Of a DNA stretch of 64,000 nt, positions 50,950 to 60,700 are shown in pieces (within the stretch, counting starts at the first letter, position 1; each line of letters begins with the position of its first letter). This stretch comes from an uncultured Clostridia bacterium. Its GTDB lineage: Bacteria; Bacillota; Clostridia; TANB77; CAG-508. A program made the position numbers and the translations under genes. Below the pieces are notes generated by a model. That model searched no databases, was not told the DNA's origin, and saw nothing but the letters and a program-made list of their open reading frames with translations. The DNA lies in NCBI GenBank assembly GCA_947631145.1, contig CANRKF010000001.1, forward strand, positions 1,786 to 65,785, written 5' to 3'.

Positions 50950-52102
50950 TGCTTTCGATTACCTCGTAAATTACTTCTACTTCTACATATTCTGCTGTAT
51001 TTTTTGTATAAACTTTTTTATTTGTAATTTCTTTATTTTCTATTAATTTTTCTAATTCCTGCACTGCTAATTCTTCCCCAATAATTTGTGCCTCTTCTGG
51101 AGTGTATATTAATTCTTTTTCTTCATATTCTTCAAAGGCCTTAGTATATATTTCAATTGGTAAATAAAAATTAGAAAATAATTTTAGTTTTTTACTTGTC
51201 TCTATTGTATCATATTTTTTAAATTTTGAAACCCCTTTCGTTAAATTTATTTTAAAATTATTTATCTTTACGGAATATTTATTTTCCTTTCTTCCAGTTT
51301 TAGTTTTTTGAAGCTGTTTTAGGGGTATTTTTTCTTTTTGATAATACCAAACTTTTGCCTGAACATCGCCATTTGCATGCACATAGTTAGTTTCTGTATA
51401 TTTACCTTCTAGCCATCCTCCTACTAGCACAGTACCTTTTGTTACTATATCTCCTTCTTTAACTAGGGGTGTACCATTTTGAGCAATTACTTTTGTTATC
51501 ATTCCATCTTTTGTTGCAATTAGATTACAATATTCATCTTCTGCTATTATATCTGGTTTTAAATCTGCTTCTACTATTTTAACCGTAGCGTTTGTTCCTT
51601 CTATTTCTATTCCAAGCCATGCAATATCACTTCTTTCTAATCTAATGTTTTGTATTATATCTTTTGTTTTAAGTCCAATTTTACATTTTCCTATTTTGAA
51701 ATTATTTTCTTCTAATAATTTTTGTATTTCTTCTGAACTTATATTTTCATTACCTGTAATTTCAATATTCCAAATAAAATTTGATAATATAACCGTTACT
51801 AAAATAATAAGTAAAAAGAAAATTAAAAATATTTTTCTTTTTTTATAACGATTTAATAAAAATGGTAGTCCCTTCTTTTTTTGCATTTTTACTCTACATT
51901 TTGTTTTTTTAGCAATTGGTTTTAATCTTTTAAAGTCTTTTAAACCTATATTTATTATTATTCTAGTAGAGTGTGTTCTTTTTAAATTCCACAAGAATAT
52001 TTTTTGATTATTACAAAGATTTATAAATCGTTCTATAAAATATCCTTCTACTTCAATAGTAACATAACCTAAAATGATATTTAGTAATATTTTAAAGTAC
52101 AA
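50921..52102 (-). CDS. yqfD: sporulation protein YqfD
   Basis: About 390 aa with central TM segments, in conserved synteny (yqfC-yqfD upstream of ybeY/dgkA/era) with overall YqfD similarity. Confidence 0.65.
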   Translation of the reverse strand: MYFKILLNIILGYVTIEVEGYFIERFINLCNNQKIFLWNLKRTHSTRIIINIGLKDFKRLKPIAKKTKCRVKMQKKKGLPFLLNRYKKRKIFLIFFLLIILVTVILSNFIWNIEITGNENISSEEIQKLLEENNFKIGKCKIGLKTKDIIQNIRLERSDIAWLGIEIEGTNATVKIVEADLKPDIIAEDEYCNLIATKDGMITKVIAQNGTPLVKEGDIVTKGTVLVGGWLEGKYTETNYVHANGDVQAKVWYYQKEKIPLKQLQKTKTGRKENKYSVKINNFKINLTKGVSKFKKYDTIETSKKLKLFSNFYLPIEIYTKAFEEYEEKELIYTPEEAQIIGEELAVQELEKLIENKEITNKKVYTKNTAEYVEVEVIYEVIESIATKEKIVF

Positions 52103-52198
52103 TTTTATTACCCTCCTTGTAAAAATTTTGCAAAGCTTTGCACATTTTTGTATTGCATAATAAGTTTTACATTTTTCAAAAGTATGTTAGCTTTTTTG

Positions 52199-52340
52199 TA
52201 ATAAGTTTCAAATTCAATGCCATTTATTTTATTTTTTATGTAATAGTTTCAAATTCAATGCGTTTATTTTATTTTTTATGTAATAGTTTCAAAATCAATG
52301 CGTTTATTTTATTTTTTATGTAATAGTTTCAAAATCAATA
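52199..52340. repeat. 44-bp tandem repeat x about 3.5 (taatagtttcaaa[a/t]tcaatgcgtttattttattttttatg), derived from the 3' end of yqfC
   Basis: Seen directly in the sequence. The last partial copy encodes the yqfC C-terminus ...IDFETIT*. Confidence 0.8.
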
Positions 52341-52603
52341 CCATCTATTTTACCTGTAATTAATAAATCGTCTGATGTCATTTCATTTAAATTAAGCTCA
52401 TAGCCATTTATGTTTAAAATGCCAATATACGTACTTATGCGTATGTAAAATTCTTGATATTCTAAAATAGATTTATAGTTTTCTACAAGCATTTTTTCAA
52501 ATCCAAGTATTGTAATTTTAGGTATATTAGTAGATACTTCTTGTGGAATATCTAATATTTTATTTACTTTAGCAGTAATTTTATTTTTATTATTTTTTGC
52601 CAT
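52316..52603 (-). CDS. yqfC: sporulation protein YqfC
   Basis: About 95 aa, immediately upstream of yqfD, with the YqfC pattern (ILGFEKMLVENYKSILEY). Confidence 0.65.
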   Translation of the reverse strand: MAKNNKNKITAKVNKILDIPQEVSTNIPKITILGFEKMLVENYKSILEYQEFYIRISTYIGILNINGYELNLNEMTSDDLLITGKIDGIDFETIT

Positions 52604-52851
52604 TAGCCTTCTCCTTTCTTAATTTATATAGCTCCATTATCGTAATTCCTTTTTGTAGTGATTATTTTCTACTTTTTTAATTTATATAGCTCATTATCAT
52701 AACTGCTCGAGGCAATAATTATTTTTTCTTTTTTAATCAATATAACTTCATTATCGTAACTGCTTCTTGCAGTAATTATTTCTTATATAATTATTAATCA
52801 TATTTTGAACTATAACTGTCCTTCAAATTTATCTAAACTTTTAAACTTATA

Positions 52852-53667
52852 CTACCTTTCAAATTCATCTAAGCTTTTAAATTCGTACCCCATTTTTTTT
52901 ATTTCTTTAATGCAACTATCTAATATATTGCTATTATCTTTTGAATTTCCATGTAGTAAGATTACTGCTCCATTGTGAATATTATCTAGTATTTTACTTT
53001 TTCCATATTCTTCTCTTCCTTGCTTTCCTTCGTCCCAATCATCATAAGCAAGCGACCACATTACTGTTTTATATCCTAAGGTGTTTGTATATTCTATAGT
53101 TCTTTCACTATATTCACCTTTTGGTGGACGTATGTATTTCATTTCATATTTAAATTTTTCATAAATTGCAGTATGTAAGTCCATTACTTCTTTTTTTATT
53201 TCCGTATTAGATATTTCTGGCATAGACTTATGATTAACCGTATGGTTTCCTACAATATGCCCATCATCAATCATTTGCTTTACTAAGTCAGGTTCTGTAT
53301 TTAAAAAGTGTGCCGTAATAAAAAAGCATGCTTTTATATCATTTTGATTTAATACTTCTAAAATTTTTGGTGTATAACCTGCTTCATAGCCTTCATCAAA
53401 AGTTAAGTATACATACTTTTTTTCGCTATTTCCCATTGCTATGCCATTATATTTATCTATAATTTTCTTATTTTTAGCACCTAAGTCTGGTTGTTTATGA
53501 TCTTTTTCTCTTTTAATTCCCCACCCAATTTTTTGATTACTTAATGCTGTAGAAGAACTTACTTGAACGGTATTTTGATTTTTATTAGCTTGCATAATAG
53601 AAAATGTAAATATCGTTAAAAATGCCCCTATACATATTGAACTTACTATTTTACTTTGTTTTTTCAT
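52852..53667 (-). CDS. polysaccharide deacetylase (NodB-homology, PdaA/PdaB-like)
   Basis: Signal peptide, the NodB motifs (LTFDEGY) and the His motif HGNS. Confidence 0.8.
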   Translation of the reverse strand: MKKQSKIVSSICIGAFLTIFTFSIMQANKNQNTVQVSSSTALSNQKIGWGIKREKDHKQPDLGAKNKKIIDKYNGIAMGNSEKKYVYLTFDEGYEAGYTPKILEVLNQNDIKACFFITAHFLNTEPDLVKQMIDDGHIVGNHTVNHKSMPEISNTEIKKEVMDLHTAIYEKFKYEMKYIRPPKGEYSERTIEYTNTLGYKTVMWSLAYDDWDEGKQGREEYGKSKILDNIHNGAVILLHGNSKDNSNILDSCIKEIKKMGYEFKSLDEFER

Positions 53668-53888
53668 AGTAAAATCTTTCCTTTCTTACTTGTTTTTTCA
53701 TATTGAAGTTTTTGATTTCTTGCTTGCTTTTTCTTATTAAAGTTTTCACTTTTCTGGTTACTTTTTGCTTGGTTTTGGAAGATATTTATAATTATGAAAA
53801 TTTAATTATTTTCAAATTATTCTTCTAATACATTTTTTCTTATTTTATGAGCTAATTAAAATTATTATTACTAATTATTTTATTTGTT

Positions 53889-54052
53889 TCCTCGCATGCT
53901 ACTACACGTACCGTTCTGTATACGCTGTTCTATTTATATTTCAACATGTACTCTTGCATATTGGTCTGACAGGAATATTAGACATCCTTTAGTTAAACGA
54001 CATGCCTGTCGTACCAACAAAAAGGAAATTCTAAAATAGAATTTCCTTTTTA
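53889..54052 (+). ncRNA. candidate structured RNA: a local GC-rich segment (cctcgcatgctactacacgtaccgttctgtatacgctg), an ACGACA-tgcc-TGTCGT hairpin, then an intrinsic terminator (ggaaattct-aaaat-agaatttcc + T5)
   Basis: A GC spike in an otherwise more than 80% AT intergenic region, with a perfect terminator hairpin at 54024-54046. Strand and identity are not determined. The terminator is symmetrical and could also end the FN3 gene. Confidence 0.3.
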
Positions 54053-54110
54053 ATAAGGTTATTATTAAATTTTACTTTATTCTGGCATTACTTTTTAAGT
54101 ATATTAAATG

Positions 54111-56708
54111 TTAGCTCATCTTTGTTGTAAATACAACTTCAGTTGAAAAGTCACCATAAACTTTAGTTCCATTTACCATTTTATATGCTCTTACTTTTGC
54201 ATAATATGTTTCGCCTGGTTGAAATCCATCTACATATCCTCTTGCATTTGTAAAATTACCTGCTTTTACATAACCTATTATTGATATATCTACATATACT
54301 TCATATCCATCTGCTCCTATAACTGGATTCCAACTTAAGTTTACGCCATCTTTTGTTATTCTTCCAACTTTTACATTTGTTACTTTATCTACAGTTGTTG
54401 ATGTTGATGGTGATGATGGTGATGCTGATGACGATGATGAAGATGATGAAGAAGATGATGATGATGAGCCTTGTGTTATAAATACTACTTCATTTGAGAA
54501 TTCACCATAAACTTTAGTTCCATTTACTGTTTTATATGCTCTTACTTTTGCATAATATGTTTCGCCTGGTTGAAATCCATCTACATTTCCGACTGTTGAT
54601 GCAAAAGTTCCTGCTTTTACTTCATATCCTTCTGCTCCTGAAACCGGGTTCCAAGCTAAGTTTGCAGATGAACTTGTTGTTCCTAATACTCTTACACCTG
54701 TTACCTGACCTAAATTTTGTGTTGAAGGGTCATCTATTGGTGGGTAATAGCTGTCTTGTTGACCTTCTATTCTAAAGGTTATTGCATTTGAAGTAGCACC
54801 ATAAACTGTAACTCCATTTTCTTCTCTAAATGCCTTTATTTTTACATAATAAGTTATTCCTGGACTGCAATTTCTTACTCCACCACTTGTTGAGTATATT
54901 CTTCCTAAATTATTATATGTTTGTCCTTCTGCTCCTACTAATACTTCATATCCTTGTGCTCCTGGAACTGGATCCCAACTAAAGTATACATCAGTACCTA
55001 TTATACCGTCTATTTTTACGTTCATTACTTTTTCTAATTGTTGTGTTGCTTGATCCTCATATATAGTTTTAGTTGTGAATGTTACCTCATTAGAGTCATC
55101 TCCATAAATTATATTTCCATCTACTTCTTTATATGGTCTTACTTTTACAGAATATGTTGTTCCTGGTTGACATCCTGAAAATTTAATACTTGTAACAATA
55201 ACTGTTCCTCTGCTTACATATCCTTGTCCTGCATTTATAAATACTTCATATCCTTGTGCTTCTGGAACTGAAGTCCAAGTAAGCTGTGCATATGTACTAG
55301 ATATATCTACTGCTCTTAAGTCTGTTACTTTTCCTAATTTTTGTGAAGCTGTACTACTTGTTGTAAATGTTACTATATTAGAAAATTCTCCAAAAATTGT
55401 TTTTCCATTTTCTATTTTTAAGGCTATTACCATTACATTATATGTAGTTTCTGGTTCTAATTTCGTGTATTTTAAACTTGTTGCTGATTGTATTCCTAAA
55501 ACAGTAAATCCTTTATCTTGCATTTTTGCATATACCATATACAAACTAGCTCCTGAAACTTGATCCCAACTAATATCTGCTGAAGTATCTGTTATATTTG
55601 TTACTCTTAATCCTGTTACTTTATCTAATGATTCTGGTTGTGTTGGTGATGATGTTGGTGTTGAGGTTGGTTTTGTTTGTGTTGGTGCTGGATTTGATGG
55701 TGTTACTGGTATTGATGGTTCTGCTGGTATTGATGGTGTTTCTGGATTGTTTGGTTCTGCTATTGAAAGTGTTACAAATTTTACTTCAGATGAAAAATCT
55801 CCATAAATTTTATTTCCATTTACCATTTTATATGCTCTTACTTTTGCATAATGTGCTATACCTGTTTTTAATTCTGTTATATTAATATTCGTTTCTGTTG
55901 TAGTCTTTTTATTAATATATTCTTCTCCTGGTACACTTAAATATATTTCATATCCTTCTGCTTCTGAAACGGCACTCCAAGCTAAGCTTACAGATGAATC
56001 TGTTACATTCATTACTTTTAAATCTTGTACTTGCTCTGGCTTTGTTCCTGCTAAGCTTGTAGTTACAATTTTTACTTCATTTGAAAATTCTCCATAAACT
56101 TTCGTTCCGTTTACTAATTTATATGCTCTTACTTTTGCATAATATTCAATATTTTCTTCAAAACCAGTGGCTATTACATCAGTTGTAGGTACACTTCCTA
56201 CATAAACATATCCTAATCCAATTACATTTACATAAATTTCATAGCCTTCTGCTCCTGATACTGCACTCCATTTTAATTTTGCGTCTGTACTTGACAAAAC
56301 TTCCGCATTTAAGTTTTTTACCTGTTCTAAGTTTGCATCTGTTAAAACTTTATTCGTAATTTCCACTTCATTTGAAAATTCTCCATAAGTTTTTGTTCCA
56401 TTTTCTTCTTTATATGCCCTTATTTTTGCATAATATGTAATTCCCTCTTGGAAACCTAGTATTCTAACTCTTGTTGAAGTTGTGGTTCCTATACATGTAT
56501 ATCCTAGATTTGGTACATTTACATAAATTTCATATCCTTTTGCTCCTGAAACTGCATTCCAACTTATATTTGCAGTATCTCCAAATACACTTGTTACTTC
56601 TAAGCCCGTTACTCTTTCAACTGTAACTGCTAATGTTTGCGTTCCTATAAGAATTAATGTTATTATTAGTAATGCAAAAATCTTTTTTACATTTATGATT
56701 TTATTCAT
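54111..56708 (-). CDS. secreted multi-FN3 (fibronectin type III-like) repeat protein with a poly-Ser linker
   Basis: Signal peptide, then about eight ~95-aa repeats of the form VTGL.VT.....A.ISW..VSGA.GYEIYV...YAKVRAYK..NGTK.YGEFS, and an S17 linker. No anchor. Confidence 0.8.
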   Translation of the reverse strand: MNKIINVKKIFALLIITLILIGTQTLAVTVERVTGLEVTSVFGDTANISWNAVSGAKGYEIYVNVPNLGYTCIGTTTSTRVRILGFQEGITYYAKIRAYKEENGTKTYGEFSNEVEITNKVLTDANLEQVKNLNAEVLSSTDAKLKWSAVSGAEGYEIYVNVIGLGYVYVGSVPTTDVIATGFEENIEYYAKVRAYKLVNGTKVYGEFSNEVKIVTTSLAGTKPEQVQDLKVMNVTDSSVSLAWSAVSEAEGYEIYLSVPGEEYINKKTTTETNINITELKTGIAHYAKVRAYKMVNGNKIYGDFSSEVKFVTLSIAEPNNPETPSIPAEPSIPVTPSNPAPTQTKPTSTPTSSPTQPESLDKVTGLRVTNITDTSADISWDQVSGASLYMVYAKMQDKGFTVLGIQSATSLKYTKLEPETTYNVMVIALKIENGKTIFGEFSNIVTFTTSSTASQKLGKVTDLRAVDISSTYAQLTWTSVPEAQGYEVFINAGQGYVSRGTVIVTSIKFSGCQPGTTYSVKVRPYKEVDGNIIYGDDSNEVTFTTKTIYEDQATQQLEKVMNVKIDGIIGTDVYFSWDPVPGAQGYEVLVGAEGQTYNNLGRIYSTSGGVRNCSPGITYYVKIKAFREENGVTVYGATSNAITFRIEGQQDSYYPPIDDPSTQNLGQVTGVRVLGTTSSSANLAWNPVSGAEGYEVKAGTFASTVGNVDGFQPGETYYAKVRAYKTVNGTKVYGEFSNEVVFITQGSSSSSSSSSSSSSSASPSSPSTSTTVDKVTNVKVGRITKDGVNLSWNPVIGADGYEVYVDISIIGYVKAGNFTNARGYVDGFQPGETYYAKVRAYKMVNGTKVYGDFSTEVVFTTKMS

Positions 56709-57076
56709 AAAAATATCACCTACTTTTCATAAAATTATTGTAATAAATTTCAGCCTTCTCATAATATTATTTTACCACCTTTTATGTTTATTGTCAATTT
56801 TTTCTTGTTTTTTCAGCATTTTTTAGCATTTTTCTAAATTACATTTAACTTTTTTATTTTATAGGAAATTGCATTTTTTAATTAATGCAATTTCCATATA
56901 AAACAAGATTAATCTTCCTTAGTATGCCTGAGCGATTAGCTCGTGGTAATTGTTTGCAATGCAAACGATTTTCTTATACTTAATTTTATTTCATTCTAAA
57001 AATTAATATAATTTTATTTAGAGAAATATCTGAATAAAAATTATATAAAATATATTTTACAAAACAAAAAATTAGA

Positions 57077-57105
57077 TTGACTTTTTTTATATTAAGTGTT
57101 ATGAT
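57077..57105 (+). promoter_or_regulatory. sigma-A-type promoter TTGACT-17-TATGAT upstream of the DRRQ-repeat gene
   Basis: Seen directly in the sequence. An RBS (aaaggagagga) and an ATG at 57136 follow. Confidence 0.5.
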
Positions 57106-57135
57106 AAATTATATTTTACAAAGGAGAGGATTTGT

Positions 57136-57471
57136 ATGTCAGCTGATAGACGTCAAGGGGATAGAAGACAATTTGATAGAAGACAAGGACAAGTAGATAG
57201 AAGGCAGCCAGATACAATACAAGAAGAAACTTATGATGCTTCTAAAAAAACTACAAAAATCGCTTCAAGATCTATTATTATATCTTTAGTAATTATTTTT
57301 GTTGTACTTATTTCACTAGTAGTAATTATTATAGTTAACAAAAATCAATTATCAAAAAATAATAATTACAATAATGATATTGTAGATGTTAATGTTCCTG
57401 ACTTGCCTTATATAGATGATGGTCAATCGGATTCATCTATTGGAAATTTGCATTTAATTACTAATGAGTAA
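57136..57471 (+). CDS. small single-pass membrane protein with an N-terminal (D/G)RRQ tandem motif
   Basis: MSADRRQGDRRQFDRRQGQVDRRQPD, then one TM helix and a ~45-aa extracytoplasmic tail. Strong RBS and promoter. Confidence 0.6.
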   Translation: MSADRRQGDRRQFDRRQGQVDRRQPDTIQEETYDASKKTTKIASRSIIISLVIIFVVLISLVVIIIVNKNQLSKNNNYNNDIVDVNVPDLPYIDDGQSDSSIGNLHLITNE

Positions 57472-57505
57472 ACTATTCCTGAATAATTAATTTAAAATAT
57501 ACTTA

Positions 57506-57545
57506 AAATTGGTTCTAGAATAATATTTTCTTAGAACCAATTTTA
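57506..57545 (+). terminator. Rho-independent terminator after the DRRQ gene
   Basis: Hairpin ttggttctaga ... tcttagaaccaa followed by a T-run. Confidence 0.5.
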
Positions 57546-57603
57546 AGTTAAAAATCAATCAAGTAGAGAATAAATAATTACTTTATTTATTCCCTCTCAC
57601 ACT

Positions 57604-57647
57604 AAAAATAGAGAATATTTATACAATATTCTCTATTTTTTTAATAT
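57604..57647. terminator. bidirectional terminator (aaaatagagaatatt-tataca-aatattctctatttttt)
   Basis: Perfect 11-bp stem with an A-run on one side and a T-run on the other, 3' of the protease gene. Confidence 0.55.
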
Positions 57648-57706
57648 ATTTATTTTTAATTTTCTGTATAACAATAATTATGAAGCTTTTATGGTTATAA
57701 AATTTA

Positions 57707-60700
57707 TTATTTTGCATCTTTAAATTTATTGTATTTTATATATATAACTACACTAAGTATTGCTAAAACTGTTATACATATTATAATAACTGGTGCCATA
57801 CCTGTATTTGGAATATATCCTGGTGCTGTTGTATCATCTTTTCCACTTCCAGATGGGCTAGGCTTAGATGTATCCTTTTTTACGTCATCTATATAAGTTT
57901 CTACTTCTTTATCTGTTTCTAATTTCATTGGTTTAGAAATTGCTATACTTTGATCTCCACCTTTTATTGCTACTTCTTTTACATATAAATATAGAACACC
58001 TTCATCTGATATTTCATTATAGTTCGAAATTTTTCTTGTATCTATTGTAAATTGCAACTTGTTGTTAGAATTTTGTTTCTCTGTAATTTTTACCCAATCA
58101 GTTATATCTTGTTCATTCGCATTTGGTGATAAATAGTAATAATATTCAAGACTGTCATTATTTGTATTTATTGAAATATTGTCAACTTCTACATCTATTA
58201 AAATATAATCCTTTTTAGAGTTATTTGTGTAATAATATGCTTTAACTTTTTTTACATTTCCTGCAACTTCGTCCATTTTTGAATTTTCTGCTTTTTCTTC
58301 TTCAATTATTTGTACTTCAAATTCTGTAGTTTTATTTTGGTATGTAACTGTAACTTTAACTGTACCTACATTTTCATTGCTAAACCCAGATACTGTTACT
58401 TCTTCTGATGTCATTTCAATTACTTCAGTGGTTCCATCATTATATGTAACTTTTAAAGTTCCGCCTTCTAAGTTTAAATTTTCTTTATTTTTTATATAAG
58501 TTAGTTTTGTTGGTTTTGCATTTACTGTAATTTTAGTAATTTGCTTTTCTTCTACTGTTATTGGCTGCATTGCTGTTTTTTCTTCATATTTTATTGTTAC
58601 TGAAGTTTGTTCTTTTGTTAAATTTGTTTCTTTTTCTATTGTGTAATCTAATATTTCTTGTGTTGATTCATTTTGGTAAGTTCCTGTAACAACCATTCCT
58701 TCTGGATCAAAATTTTGGCCTACTACATAACTTGTTTTATTTGGTGCTTTTGTTATATTTATTTCTACTAAAGGATTAGGTGTTACGGTTATATCTTGAG
58801 TTACTGTTTGACCTTCATAAGAAATTGTTACATGTGTTTGTTCTGCTTTTAGGTTATTTCCATCTTCTATTGTGTATTCTGACAAAGATACTTCTTTAGA
58901 TGTTCCATCTTTATATATTGCCTTTACTACCATTCCTTCACTATTAAAGTTTTCTCCTTCTATATATTCCGTTTTGGTAGGTGGAGTTTCTATTACTAAA
59001 CTTGTTACTGTATTTTTTTCTACTGTTATATTTTGTGTGGTTGTTTTATCTGCATAAGATATTGTTACACTTTGTTGTCCTTCTGATAGATTTGTTCCAT
59101 TTGTAATACTATAATCTGTATCATATAACATAACATTTGATTTGTCACTATAATTTGCTTGTACTTTCATACCTTCTTTTTCGAAGTTTTCACCAACTAA
59201 GTAATTGACTTTATCTGGTGGTGTAACTATTTCTATACTTTCTAGTGTTTTTTCATCTAGTTTAGATGTTGTAAATGCTTTTATTGTACTATCTCCATTT
59301 AAGCCGTCTGTAGATTTACCAAGATCTAACCATTCAGAAGATGTTGAACCATTTTCTATTTGTATAAAACATTTATCTGTTTCTACCTGTACATAATCAA
59401 ATTGTGAAATTCCTTCCGGTTTAGCTTCTAAGCTTACCATTACTTTGTCTCTTGTACCTTGTATTTCTACAACTACAGCGAATTTTCCTTTACTTATTTC
59501 AATTGGCTCTGCAAATTCTAAGGTATGGTAACCAGTACCAAAAGTTTCTGATTGTCCGGCTTTTAATTTAACTGCTTGTAGGCTGTTTTGGTCATGAGCA
59601 TCACCTTTAGGATTTACATATACTTTGCAAGTATATGTTTCTGGTGCATATATAGATATTTGATTTAAATACTCTTTGTCATCTGTTTGTTTTTCAAAAA
59701 TATTACATAGCATTACTTTAGAACCATTGGTAGTTTCTACATAAGCCATAGGATAGTGTTCATCATATTGATATATTTTTTCATAGTTTTTTCCGTCTGT
59801 TGCCTTAATTATTCCACAAAGAGTTGTAGCTACATTGCAATCCTCATATGATATATACATAAAACCATCATTTCCAAGTTTTAAATACGCTTTATTTTGT
59901 CCTTCGTCAACTGTATATCCTGCTTTTGTTAACATTTCAGTTGTAATTTCTTCCGCTTTTTGAAGATGTTCTGTTTTTCCTTCTTGTTGTAAAATTTTGA
60001 ATATTTCTTTTTTTAATTCTGACAATTCGTATTCTATTTTTTCACCCCAAGAATTTCTAATAATCCATGCACCATTTGAATTTGGCTTTTTGTCTCCTGG
60101 AAAATTATTTTTATCATAATTATCGTCCCAACCTATTATAGAAACAGCATGGTCTAGCTTATGGGTTTCTGCATCATTGCAATAGATAGAGCCATTAGTA
60201 TTATCATAACATGGATATTCAACTTCTGCAAAATTTCCATGTATTGCTGCATATACTGAACCATAATTTTTAATATGCTGTTTTATCTGCCCCATTATTT
60301 GTGATTTTTGTTCTGGATTTTTATTATAATCTGCAAATTCTACTGTATCATATACTTGACTTGTAACTGTTTTGTTTTGTATTTCACTTAATGCTATTGA
60401 ATTTGTATTATCTTGAAATGTCATTGCATCTTCATTTATTGGACCTGATCCATTAGTTAAATATGACTGTGCAAAGATCCAGTTTCCACCATCTTCAACC
60501 TTTCTATTATATCCAAATTTTTTGTTGCTTTCAGATTCTGTAAAACTATTGCTTGTAGAATAGTCCATATGTCTTTCAGAAAAATCATATACCTTTGCTT
60601 CAGCATCAGTATTATTTTTTTTGTAATCATATAGTGCAAGATTGGTTTCTAATGATGATAATGTTGCAAAAGCCCAACATGTATTTGTGTGCATTTGATT

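Noticed and set aside
54536-55885. Plus-strand ORFs 54536..54775 and 55598..55885 (poly-Leu)
   Set aside because: They are antisense to the FN3-repeat protein gene and are reverse-frame artefacts of its poly-Ser and Thr-rich repeats.
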